In this document: piece by piece, positions 1 to 12,700 of the stretch
Position numbering within the stretch: position 1 is the first letter of the stretch
Layout of the letters: the number at the start of each line of letters is the position of its first letter
Notes under the pieces: generated by a model
What the model was told of the DNA's origin: nothing
What the model saw: the letters and a program-made list of their open reading frames with translations, nothing else
The model's database searches: none
Program-made: the position numbers and the translations under genes
NCBI GenBank assembly: GCA_958009085.1
Contig: OY253675.1
Coordinates: 248,001 to 312,000 of the forward strand
DNA length: 64,000 nucleotides
DNA from: Protoeuglena noctilucae
Taxonomy: Eukaryota
Direction: 5' to 3'

Positions 1-2369
1 GCCTTTACCAGTGCTTCCCGTCCGTCTCCATCTGTCCAAAGACCGGTGAGGCGTTTGCCTGCGTAATTCAGCCGTCCCCTGCCTTTGACACGCTCGCGCG
101 CAGGACCAATCGATGACCGCGATGTTGTATTACTTCATCCGTCCCGTCCCGCGCCGCAGGGAATCTGTCCAAGCTGGCCGTGCCGCGCAAGGTGCACCCG
201 GACGTCGCCCGCAAAGCTGCCGACGCGATTAAGCGCAAGATTGAGACGGGAGAGGACACAGGTGCGGCGCCGCAGTCGCTGAGAGGCCTCTCGGCGCGCG
301 CGCATCCCCAGCCTGCACCGACGCCCGTGCTGGCAGCTGCGGGGCACAGCACGCGACCTGCACCACACCCTGGCCGTCCCTAACCCTCACCACACACATT
401 CCAGGCTCCACCTGCGGGCCATGAGCATCACAAGTCACAAGAACCACAGTAAGAAAGCCAGTCAACCCCCGCTGTGATGTCAGCTTCTGCGTGCCCTGCC
501 GCAGTGATCGTCAAGCGCGACCGGGGCGTGGGCTACAAGGAGCGAACGGAGCACATGCTGGCCGCGATGGACGTCCGGCACCTGTCGTTCGTGCGTTCCG
601 GGGCGCGTGCTGCGCCTGGATTGAAGGACGCTGCACAGGGCAGCGGCGGGCGCGTGCGTGGCGGCGATGGGGCAGACCAGGAGTTGGCGGAGGCTCAGTC
701 TGTGGTCGACACTGGGATGGAGGCGCTGACGGTGGAGGATGGGCCGGGAGCGACGGTGCGTGCGGGGGAGGGGAATGTGTGGGGGTAGGGGCAGTGTGGG
801 GTGCAGGGGCTTGTGTGGCAGGTCTTTTGTTTTGCAAACGTCTTACGTCTCATGCGATGTGCTCCCCATGGCGTCTCCATGCCCGCAACCCCCGCAGTCC
901 GACGAGCCGTCCTGCAACAGGCGCCCGGACAGCAAGGGAGCCTGGGGCGGTGGCGATGGCGCGGTGTGCGGGGAGCTCACCATCCCAAGCGACAAGGACG
1001 CACACAGGGACTCACACAAAGACTCAAACAGGGACTTACACAGGGATGCACACCGCGGCGCTGCCGGGGCTGGCGCGCACGATGGGGCGGTGTCGACCGC
1101 GACCCCCGCCGCCCCCGCCGCGCCCGTCGCACCTGCCCGGGAGGAGCGGACGCACGCCCCGCCGTCACTCGGTGCCGCCACCAGTGATGCGGACGCCGAC
1201 CACGCCTCGCCGGAGCTCCCGGAGCTCAAGAAGCGGCGCATGCCGGACGGGGCGCCACAAGCGTCATGCTCTGTGCCTGAGAGGGACGCGGCGGGGGCGC
1301 CACGGCCGCCGCTGCAGGCCATCCAGGTGCGGCAGAGGTAGTTTATTGGCAGAGATGGTCACTGAGAGTGTCCCTGCGATGGGTTCTGGCAAGAACCTGC
1401 TCTCTCACCAACGCTCAGTCTCACTCCAGCCCTTCTCCCCGCAGCCGTCTGCGTCCGAGGCCCCCGGCAACGTGGTGCGCGCGCGGGGCGTGACCATGTA
1501 CGTGGGCCCTTCACGTGTGCCCGCGCCCAGCGCCCCCACGTCCCGGCAGGAGCTGGCGGGGAGCCACGGGGCCACGATGTGGGTGCGGGGCCGCCCCGGC
1601 TCAGCGGCGAACGAGGTGGGTTGCACAGAGATAGCATTCACATGGTTGGGGCACGGTACAATCCATGCGCATGGGAGCGCTCCCGTGCTGCTGTGTCCAA
1701 CCTGGTCAGGCGTCGTCATCAACGTCCCCATCTCTACGTCCGTTTGGCCCAGCCATACTGTCTCTGTCTCTCGTGCCGTCTCTTTACCATTGATGACCAT
1801 CAACGATCGATGACATCGGCACGTGCCCCTTGCAGGCCTGCCGCCCAGAGGGCATGGATGTGGACGCAGCACCCGCGGCGAAGAAGGGGCCGGAGCTGAA
1901 GACGGAAGAGGAGGCGAGGGCCGCGGCTGATGGTGGCAGGCCGCGCGTTGTGCGTATGTGTGCACGCCGAACCCCTCATGCACACTCGCCATGTCCTCAT
2001 CCCAGCCTGTCCTGTCTGCCACATCTGCCAAATCTGCTGCGCCTCACGGTCGCGTCTCACGCCCCACCCCCGCGCTCCTCACATGTGAGCCGCTGCTGGC
2101 ATGTGTGAGATGGACAAGCATCCCAAAAACATGCGCGGCCCTCGCCCCCCCCGCAGCGCGCCATCGCCCAGGCTATCGCCGAGCACCTCCGCCGCGGGGA
2201 GTTCGAGGCCGTCGCCCGGGACGCCCTCTTCCAGTCCATCGAGCAGCGCTGGCGCTCCGAGCAGGGTGGTGCCCTTGAGCGGACCACCTACGACGCCGTG
2301 CTGGCGTGGGCAGAGGCCGAGCACACGCTCCTAGTCGACAGCGACGGGTTCATTTACCCGGCATTTTAG
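1..2369 (+). CDS. Hypothetical multi-exon protein, 5' end outside the window; the last exon resembles a C-terminal winged-helix domain
   Basis: GT-AG-bounded codon-biased segments: GNLSKLAVPRKVHPDVARKAADAIKRKIETGEDT (160-261), IVKRDRGVGYKERTEHMLAAMD (505-570), MDVDAAPAAKKGPELKTEEEARAAA (1854-1930). The terminal exon RAIAQAIAEHLRRGEFEAVARDALFQSIEQRW...TYDAVLAWAEAEHTLLVDSDGFIYPAF ends at TAG near 2369. That these form one gene is inferred. Confidence 0.45.
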
Positions 2370-2597
2370 TAGTGTCCGCGAAATCACGTGCTCGCCGATT
2401 CAACGGCCGCGCACGCGACCCGCAGCGCGCCAGCCCCGGCGAGCGGGTGCCGCTGCCATACCCGGGACCCGCCGACCCCCCGCGGGTGGCAAGGAAGCAA
2501 GTAGAGACACTGTCATTGCGGATGATGAGGCGCGCGCGAAGGAAGGGCGCGCGCGCCGCCCCAGATGGTTGCCGGCGGCGGCACCGTCGCCCGGGTC

Positions 2598-3281
2598 TTA
2601 CTTGCCCAGCGCCTTCTTCACCAGAGCCGACCGCTGCGATCAGGGACGGCAGTTCCGCATGATGCTGCCGCTGGAGGCCCCGCGGCGGGCGCGCGGGCGC
2701 GGCGGGCGCGGCAGTCGCACCTTGACCCGCTTCATGAGGATCTGGTGGCGCTCGTAGTCCGTCAGGTTGGCCTTCTTGGCCCGCGCGGCCAGCTTCCTCC
2801 CCCACGCAGACGAGTTGAACTTCTCGGTGACGTTCAGCTTCTGCCAGGCCGACATGAGGGTCGTCTTGCGCACCCCGCGCTCCACGTCCAGAACGATGTC
2901 CGTCAGCGCCAGGCGCTTGAGGTTGTACTGGCGGCGGCTCTCCCCAGGGCCGTCCACGAGCACCTGCGCGCGGGGAGGGGCGCAGCGGTGCCGGGCGGGG
3001 AGTGCGGGTCGGACTGGGGCTGCGAGCCCAGGGAGCGCGACCCGACAGCCCCGTGAGCTTGACGGATACGCAAAACACGAGCCGCGCTGCACGGGCGCGG
3101 AGCGGCAGGCGGAGGGCGAGGAGCGGGGAGTTGCCCCTCTCTCGGCGGCCCCCGGCGAAGGGGAAGGGCGACTGACCCGGTTGGCGTCGATCACGTCGAC
3201 GATAGCCAGGAGCTTGCCGTACTCCTCCCCGTAGTTCACCAGGCAGACCCGGCCGGGCTCCACGAAGCGCGAGAACGGCAT
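2598..3281 (-). CDS. RPL14: 60S ribosomal protein L14 (eL14), 3 exons
   Basis: MPFSRFVEPGRVCLVNYGEEYGKLLAIVDVIDANR / VLVDGPGESRRQYNLKRLALTDIV...FNSSAWGRKLAARAKKANLTDYERHQILMKRVK / RSALVKKALGK* (TAA at 2598-2600). Classic eL14 sequence with GT-AG introns. Confidence 0.96.
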
Positions 3282-3766
3282 CTCGCGAGCCCCCTCCACA
3301 ACACGCCGCGCAGAAAGCCTCGGAAAGGGCGCTCGCGGGCGCGCAGGGCCGGCCACGACGCGCGGAGGTCGATGCTGCGCCTGAAACTGCAGGACAAGGA
3401 GTGTCACAGGACGCCATGCCGCGGGGGGCTCTCCTGCGCGCGTGTGGACGCATCCTACGCTTTCCGGAACCCGCCGACCCTTGCCAGTCTCTCTTGCTGC
3501 GAGGAATTGCTTGGAGAGCTCCAACAAGGGTGCCTTGACCCGTGCGCCCCTGCGCCCCGCCCGCGCGCCCACCTGGGGCCTGGCTCGAGTCTTTCAGCGG
3601 TCGGAACGTCGGAGATGGCCCGAGCGGGCGCGATACGGGGCCCGTGTCCGCTGCCGGCCCGGCAGGGCTAGGCGATCCGTGCTGTTGACCCTGCGCCGCT
3701 CTCCCGGGCACCTGGACGGTCGGTCGCTCGCGCCGACCTTCCCGCGTGTAGAGTAGATCATTCTCC
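3282..3766. promoter_or_regulatory. Probable bidirectional promoter region between RPL14 and the 5-phosphatase gene
   Basis: Head-to-head start codons at 3281 (-) and 3767 (+) are about 485 bp apart. No specific motif identified. Confidence 0.45.
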
Positions 3767-6700
3767 ATGGCATCCGAGTCCTGGATCAGCTTCGACGACG
3801 ACGGCCACGAGGTAAGGGCTGGCCCTGCGCCCCGCGACGCGCAACCGTCGCTGCGCGGCGCCTCGCAACCCTCGTCGCGGCGTCCTCCTCCGCTTTCCGC
3901 ACGCGCTTCCAAAAGCACCCTTTCCGGAACCGAGCGCGCGCCCGAGCGCCGGTGGTGTCCGCGTCACTGCGAAGCGCATGCGTTGCACCTCCCTTTCGCC
4001 TGCAGCCGCGCCCTCCGCCGGAGCCCCGGGCCCCGCCGATCCCGGAATCCTGGGAACGCCAAGCTCCGGGATGGTTCGCGTCCGCGGACGGGAACGGCAA
4101 CGGCCGGATCGCGGGGCAGGAGGCGGTGGCATTCTTCGCGCGCACCGACCTTCCCCAAGACGTCCTCAGGCGAGCCACCTGGGTCCCATTGGCACCCTCC
4201 GCACGGGCATAGCGAGACGTCACCACTCCGCCCACCCCTCGCCACCCCCGCAGCACGATATGGCGCCTGACGAAGGCCGCGGCCGCGGACCCCGCCACCC
4301 CCGGCCTGGACTACGCTGACTTTCTGCGCTACCTCCGCATGGCCGCGTTGGTGCAGCGGGGCATGGCGCCCGCCGACGCCGCCGACGCCGCGGGGTCGGC
4401 CGCCCCAGGCACCCTGCCACCCCCCCGTTTGCGTGGGCTCACCACCACCGGCGCCCCCGTCGGCGCCCCGACCGCCCCGGGCCACCCCGCGCCCGCCGCA
4501 GCGCCCCGCACCCCGCGCGCGGACGTCCCCGTCTCATCTCCTCCCCAGCCCACGCCTCAGCACACCCGCGTCGCATCGCTCTCGGTCGACCCATCCACAG
4601 GCACCCACTCGCGCCCCTCCACCGCCCCATCGGCCCAGGACGCCCGCGCAACCGCAGTGCCGGGATTTGCGTCCGCCGGCCCCACCCCCCGCGCCACGGC
4701 GCCCTCTGCGTCCATCCCACCCTCGTCGGCCATCCCACCGTCATCGGCCATCCCGCCCTCATCATCGACCCCGCCGCCCCGCCCCCGCCCTCTCCACGTG
4801 AACACCGAAGTCCGCGAGCCCCCCGCCATCGACAGCGGCGACGGGGACGAGGGACTGGCTGCCACGCGATCTCTCACGTCCACCCGGGCCCTCAACCGGA
4901 GCGCGTTTACCTCGGGGCCTGCGAGTGAGTCAGGGGGGTTGCTTTTGTGATGATGGTGTGGGGGTGGATGCTGGGGTAGATGGTTAGCAACTGAGTGTTG
5001 ATTAGACTTAAAGAACAGACACTCGATCTTGTTCCCCTCTGTCACCCCTTACACCCCCCCCTTATCACCCTCCCAACCCCCCCCCCCCAGCCATCTCCAA
5101 AACCCGAACTCCCCCTCTTTCGATGTCTCAGTATTCACGTTATTGCAATCCCCCATCCCACGCAGCCATCTCCAAGACCCGGACCCCTCCCCCCGCGTCG
5201 TCGTCGGCCGTCTACGTTTCTGACGACGTCGTGCCAGCCAAGCCCTACTCCCCCATGCTGCCGGCCCACGGGGTCCTGAGGCCGCCCTTTTCGGAGAGAG
5301 TGACGCGGGGCATGCAGCAGGCGAGGATAGATGGTAGTGGGGGTGTTGATAGCATGGAGTGGTTGCAGCAGGTGAGGATAGCAAGTGGGGGTGGTGTTGA
5401 CAGCATGTGGGGTAGGGAAGTGTTACTACATTCACAAGTCTGTCATCACCTTGCTCCTTACTCCTCACCCTCTTTTACCCCTCCCAACAGGCCTTAGGCA
5501 AGTCCCCCCAGCTGTCACTCCTCCCCAACATAGCTAAAGAACTGATAAAAAACTCTCTCGTTATCTCACCTTATCACTCCTCCTCCCCCCTCAACAGGCC
5601 TTAGGCAAGTCCCCCCAGCTGTCGTGCCTGGCGGCGTGCGAGGGGTGTGTGGTGGCGGGGACGGCTGGCAGCGCATCCATGACCGTCTACGCGGGATTGG
5701 ACGCGGCAGATGGGGCCAAGCCACCCCACACGGATGTGGCCAGGCCGCCGGTGGCGGACGCAGACGCTGCCCCGTGTGGGCACGTCATGCCGCCTGCTCC
5801 CGTGCTGTGCATGTACGCGGATGTGGTGCACGGGTGAGGGAGACGAACTGTGTGGTTGGTTGATAGTATGTATGTAGATGAGGTGTGGATGTGAGGAGTG
5901 TGCATGGTTGGTGTGCGTGACTTGCATTCATGATGAAAGCACGTTGCGACTCCTTTTCGAATATTTAGCCGTATCAATACATAATTATATAACACCCATT
6001 CTCCCCTTTCCTCCCAGTGTCATCTGGGCCGGCTTAGAGGACGGCAAGGTATCGTGCTGGCGTGCGGATGCGGCCATGGGCACCGTGCATCTGATACGCA
6101 CCTGGGAGGCATTCAAGAGGGGGGGGGTGTGCAGGTGAGAGATGTGATAGATGTGCATCTGATGGGTGTGCAGGTGAGAAGCCTTCTTACCATCATGGTT
6201 GGCCGCCGCATCGTCACCCCCTCGCCCCATCAAGTTGAATATCGATAGCAATGTGTTAGTATTCCTTTGTCTCCCCAGCATTTCCACCGTGGGCTCCGAC
6301 GGTCGCCGCCTCGTCACCGGCTCCACCTGGGGAGAGCTGCGACTTTGGTCCGCCCCCATTGGCACCGACCCACTCCACGCCAGCCCCACTCCCGCCAACA
6401 ACGCCACTGTCGCCAACACCGCCACTATCGGCGCGGGATATGGCAGCGCGGGGTATGGCAATCCAAACAGCAGCGGTGCGACGGGGGTGGGTGCGGTGGG
6501 TATGGGTGCCATGCCTCCCGGCCCGCCCCTCTACGCCACTGCTACCGCCACCCCCGGCAACGCAAATTCGATTATAAATTCGAATTCGAATTTTGCGGGA
6601 TTGCTGGCGCCCGCCCCCGCGGCCATCGACCTGAAGATGGCCTACGGGGCCCTGCCTCATGATGTGGTGCGCAATGTGGCGGTGCCGAGATGTGGGGGGG

Positions 6701-9700
6701 TGGTGTGGTCGGGGGGGAAGCACAACGCGGCGCTGTGGGACGCGGCGACGGGTGAGTGGATGATAAATGCGAGTGAGTGGATGATAAATGCGAATGGGGG
6801 AAGGAGCGCTTGGCATGGGTTTCGCAACTGGCGATGCTATTAGCTGCTGTTGGGTTGTTGTATGGCAGGCGTGGGTAGCATGATACGCTCGATCATCATG
6901 ATTGATAGTAACGATACTAAAAGTATGTTATATGATAACATGTTTGTGATATGCAAAAACTCTCTTTCCCAACAACACCCCATCTCTCCCTCACTAACCC
7001 CCAGGCCTGTTGCTGGGCACGATATCTCAAGCGGACCCCCCACCCCCCCACGGCGTGGATGTCTCGGTGGGTCTGCCCTTGGATGCTCTGGGAAGAATCG
7101 TTCCGAATCTCTCTCCCGGATTCGGGGCGCTGGAGAGCCAGGAGAGAGACAGGCTGCAGGACATCAAGGCCGTGAGGGCCCGGGTGAGCATGCAGGGGTA
7201 ATATGGATATCGGAGATATCGGAGATATGGACTATCGAGAATTTGCGATGATGGTATATGAATTGTAATTGACAAAGAGTGGCACTGATTCATTTCATAT
7301 TTACTTCGAACTTTTTGTTGATAATTTATGGTACTTGTAATGAATTTTGTAAATTACTGTTAAATTTTATGATTATACTTGCATCATAGTAATACTTTAA
7401 TACTACTTATTATCCTCCCCTTTCCTCAACCCCCCCAGGTGGTGGCGTTCGGCAAGGGCCTGCTGAAGCGCACCAAAGAGACGTTCCGCGGCTCCGGCGG
7501 CCCCACCCCCACGGCCCGGCAGAGAGCGGGGGCGGGGTTCGCTGTGCCCGGTCGCTTTTCATTGGGGGAGCTGGTGGTGATGGAGGCGGTGGGGGTGGAC
7601 TGCGTGTGGGTGGGGTACCGGGGGGGGTCGATTCAGGCGAGTGATTACAGTAATACTTGTAATAGTAATACTATTACTTTTACTAGTATAATTGATGGTG
7701 GTGATGGAGGCGGTGGGAATCCCGGTCGTGCTAAGAACCCTCTCACTGTGTATATACAGTACATGCTTACCAGCAAACTCCACTCCTCCACCCCCACTCA
7801 GATCTTCATGGTGCACGGCCAGCTCCAGTCCCACTCTTCCAATCCACAATCTATATAATCCTATCCTTGATATAATTGATATAATTGTAATTGTACGCTG
7901 ATTACCACCCACTCCTCACCCCCACTCAGATCTTCACCGCCCACGGCCAGCTCCAGTCCCACGCCTCCGTGCTCCTCCCCGACCCCACATCCATCGCCGA
8001 GATATGCGGATGCGTGTGGGTGGGGCAGGCGAACGGCACAGTCACCGTCATGGGGCTGGACGGCAGTGCAGCGGCGTCTTTCACGGCACACGGGGCGCCC
8101 GTGGTGGGGATGTGCCAGGTCGGGCCCATGGTGAGCATTTGACAATATTAATAACATTGTTATTATGATACTTATGTAAAAGTTATGACAGCTTATTGTG
8201 TCTTTCACGGCGCATGGGGCGCCGGTGGTGGGGATGTGCCAGGTCGGGCCCATGGTGAGCGACGGCGTGGTTATTATGATTGCTGTTGTTAATTACCTAC
8301 TGTTGATGGACATTGATAGCGACGTTCACGGATGTGCCAAGTCGGGCCCACGGTGAGCGAGCGAGCGAGCGACTGCATGGTTGTAATTGTTGCTTCATTG
8401 GGTGTAATATAATTATGATTCCAGTAATTATCATATATTACAGTAAAACTATAAAATTCACTCATTCGCGTGCGCCTCGCTCTCTCTCACCCCCCCTGCA
8501 GTGCGTGACGGGTGCAGCGGACGGCTGCATTGCCGCCTGGCCCGCGGCCCTGGGGCGGCCCTCCCTTCTCCCCGATAACAGCGGTAGCGATACCAGTAAT
8601 TGCAATTCCAATGCCAACAGCGCCCACGACGCGTCCATCGCCGTGGATTTGCTGCAATTGGAGGACGGGACGCCCCGGGTGAGTTGTGCGATATTACATG
8701 ATGATACTATTATCATTATTTTATGATGATATAAATATGTTATATTGCTCTATACTATAATACCTGATGTGAAAGTGACTAAGTGGGAGAGGTTGTGTAG
8801 GATTGACGGGTATGCTCGCTCTCACCTACCACCCCACCCCACCCCCCGCAGCCCCCCCCACCCATCCGCCCCTCCCCTCCCTCCCCTCCCCCCGGCCCCC
8901 GCACCGTGAGTGCCCTCCGCGATGCCTGGGCAGACGCTGTCATGCGTCAGTGCATGGGCAACGCGGAGCTGAGCGTGCTGATTGGAACGTGGAACGTGGC
9001 CGAGAAGAAACCGGACTCGGAATCCGTGCAGGCGAGTCGATATTCGTTACTTTTGTAGTTATTTTATAAAATTATTGATAATCACTTTACATGATGATAA
9101 CAGTTAGACCTGGTGATACTAATGGTATTTACAGTCACCATAACAATCCATTATCACTATCAACGCGCACCCCGCAGGCCTGGCTTAGCCCGCGATCGTC
9201 GGGCGCGGACGTGGTGATTGCCGGTCTGCAGGAAACGCAGATGGGCAGCGGTGCCGTCGCTCTGTCCACAGCCATGGAGATGCTGCGGTGAGGCACGAGG
9301 ATGGATAATGGGGATAAGTACGGTAATCATATAATTTATATGATTATTTATATAATTTATTATTATTACATGTGGTGAGCGTATCAACGACCCTTGCACA
9401 CCCCATGGACGCCTCGTCACGCCACGCTCGGTCAAATATGGATACCATATTATGATACTAGGACTATGATATAAGTATGTCAGTTACATCAACAAACACC
9501 CTTTTCCCTTCTCTTTAACCCCCCCCCGCAGCACCAAAGCGGGCGAGCAGGGCAGCGTGGTGGCACAGGAGTGGTGTGCAATCGTCCATGCATCTCTAGA
9601 CACCGGCACCCACGGCCCCTGGGCCCGCGTCGCTTTGCGGCAACTGGGAGGGATCGTGCTGTGCGTTTTCGTGAGGCAGAAGTGGGCGGGCTTGGTCAGC

Positions 9701-12700
9701 AGGGTCGAGACAGCTGCGACGGGGGTGGGCGTGATGGGGGTGGGGGCGAACAAGGGGGCGGTGGCCATTCGGTTCGAGATACTCAGGCGGACGGTGTGCT
9801 GCGTCTGTGCGCACTTCAGCGCCCACCAGGTGAGACGGGTGGTGGGGGGTGTTGGGGTGGGAGTGGGGTGGTAGTGAGGGTGGGGGTGGGGGTGGTAGTG
9901 AGGGTGGGGGTGGGGGTGGCAGAGGGGGTCGCAGTGGGGGTGGCAGTAAGGGTAGCGAGAGTGTCAGTGTGAATGCAATACTATTCAAATTTATCGATTG
10001 ACATATATCAGTATCACTCCCCTCTCTTACAGACCCAGTGGGACAAGCGCAACCAGGATTATGCAACCCTCATGCACCTCACGCGCTTCCACCACGTTTT
10101 GGGCATCGGGGCGGGTATGCCCACAGCACAAAACGCACTGGTGGCGCAGAGGCAGGTCGATCCGCCTGTGGACGACGACTCTTTGGCTGGGAAGCTGGCA
10201 GAGGGGGGTGGGGGTGGTGGTGGGGGTGGTGGGGTGGCGAGTGGAGTGGCGAGTGGGGTTGGTGGGGGTGTGGGTATGGGAAGTGGTGGTGTGGGTGGGG
10301 CGATGAGTGGGGGCACGGCAGGTGGAGCAATGAGTGGGGGAGGTGGGAGTGCGGTGGTGGCCCAGCCGAGTTTCCTGGCGGGGGCGGCGGTGCCGGCGCA
10401 ACAGGTGGGGATCGGGAGGGGTGTGGGTGGGTGGCGCATGGGTGTGGCTTGCTGGGTTTGCTGAGCCATGCATGCTTTCTCATCTTCAATCACGTCCATA
10501 TCTATCACCCCCACTCATCTCCATGTCTATCATTGTTATCTTTTTTGTTATCCATAATCCCCCATTCCAATTTTATCCAATCCAATTCCCCATCTCTCCC
10601 CAGGGTTCCGTCCCTGCCCCCGTGGCCCAGGCCCTCTCGCGTGCCCAGGGCGTGCGTGATGCGGATATCGTGCTGTGGTGCGGGGATTTGAATTACCGAG
10701 TGGACGTTTCATACGAAGAGGCCATGGAGGCTCTGAGGGCTGGGGATATGAGGAGGCTGATGGCCAACGACCAGCTGAGGGGGCAGATGACGGCGGGGAG
10801 CGTGTTCCAGGTGACAAGCAGTACTATTACTATTACTATTACTAGTACTATTACCATTACTTTTATTATTACTACTATTATTACTGTCACTATGACTATT
10901 GCTATCGCTACTAACCCAAATTACCGCTCATCTCACCCCCAGGGCTTCCAGGAGCCCCCCCTGACGTTCCCCCCCACGTACAAGTTCGACAAGAACGTGG
11001 CTGGTTTACTGGCATACGACTCGAGCGAGAAGAGGAGGGTGCCCGCTTGGACCGACCGCGTGCTGTGGAGCGCCACGGCTGCCGACCCGGCCATGGCGGT
11101 CAGGTGAGGGGGGTGATGAGTGGATAATAGTTGGTGCGTAGTATGTGCATGGCTGGGATGTTCAGTCTTCCCTCACTGCCACCCCCACTGCTACCCTATC
11201 ACCACCCCCGCTGCCACCCTCACCCTCACCCACCCCCTTCCCACCTCTCAGGGTCACCTGCAAGTCCTACAGCAGCGTCCCCTCTCTCTCACTCACTCCC
11301 ACCCACTCACCCACTCACCCCTCACCCCTCTCAGGGTCACCTGAAAGTCCTACAGCAGCGTGCACTCTCTCTCACACCCCTCACTGCACCCTCACCCACC
11401 CCCTCTCTCACACCCACCCATTCACCCATTCACCCCCACCCATCCCCCCCCAGAGTCACCTGCAAGTCCTACAGCAGCGTGCCCGACGTCATCGCTTCCG
11501 ACCACAAGCCCGTCTACGCCACCCTATCGCTGACCATGCCCCACGTGGACTTAAGGAGGCAGTCCGCGGCGTTCGCTGCGATATCCAGGCCGCTCTGGCA
11601 CCCCTGTCAGGCGCCGCCAGAACTGACGGTGGCGCCAGAGTCGGTGGTTCTGGCGGCGGCGGCCGAGGGGAGGGCGCTGCAGATCAGGCGAGGATTTGGG
11701 GGTTGGGGGGGAAGGGGGGGAGAAGAGTGGTAAATGAAATGGTGTGCATGTCTTGTTTTTGTCTGCCTGACAGAAACATATATCTTTTACATCACTGTTA
11801 CCAACGGGCATATGGACCATACAGTCAAATCATCAGAAGCATATAGCAATATTACTGTTACTATCAATTAGCAATATTAACCATCATCCATCTTCTCTTC
11901 ATCCCAACCCCAGGAACGCCTCCCCCCAGAGCGTGCGATTTTCCGTCGAGCTCATCCCCGACGACGGTCGAACCAACGCATCCACTTCCACGGTCCCGTC
12001 ATCGATATCGTCGATATCATCTACATCTTTATCCCAATCTCATCCCTCCGACTGGCTGGACGTGTGGCCGGAGGGTGGGGTGACGGGGCCGGGGGAGGAG
12101 GCGCTGGTGATGGTGGCGTACGTGGAGAGGCCGCAGGGGCACAGGTGAGGGCGATACTGTTCATGTACATTTTTGATGTACATTGTTGATATTCATCGGA
12201 TTGTATGATTGTATGTCCATACTGCTGGGGGCCGGGAGAGGGAGGCGCTGCCCACTCCCACTGCCACCCCCACTCCCACTCCCACTCCCACTCCCACTCC
12301 CACCCCACCCCACTCCCACTCCCTCACCCCCAGGCGCACCTGCCGCATCCGCATCACTGCGTTTGGCATCTATGCTGGCGCCTGCCCATCCCAGTCATCT
12401 GCAAGGGTGGTGGAGGTGGCAGTCACGGAGCCGCCTGCCATGGGGCCGGGGCAGGCCAGGCTCTACAGCAGAGACATGGGTGAGGGAGATGAGATGGGGG
12501 TTGGTGGGGGTGGGGTTTAGTGGGGGTGGGGGGTGAGAGGGAGGAGATGGTGGGGGTGGGGCAGGCTCTACAGCAGGGACATGGGTGAGGGAGTGGTCTC
12601 TATGATGAAGATGATAGCGGGAGTGATCTCACTATGATCAAGAGGAGAGAGTAAAGAGAAAAGATGGTAAAGATGTATGGCAGCCTTTGCGAACTGACCG

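Noticed and set aside
11246..11481. CRISPR-like array (repeat-spacer-repeat spacing of echoes)
   Set aside because: Eukaryotic intronic context, repeats are copies of exon sequence, at most three units, low-complexity spacers and no cas genes.
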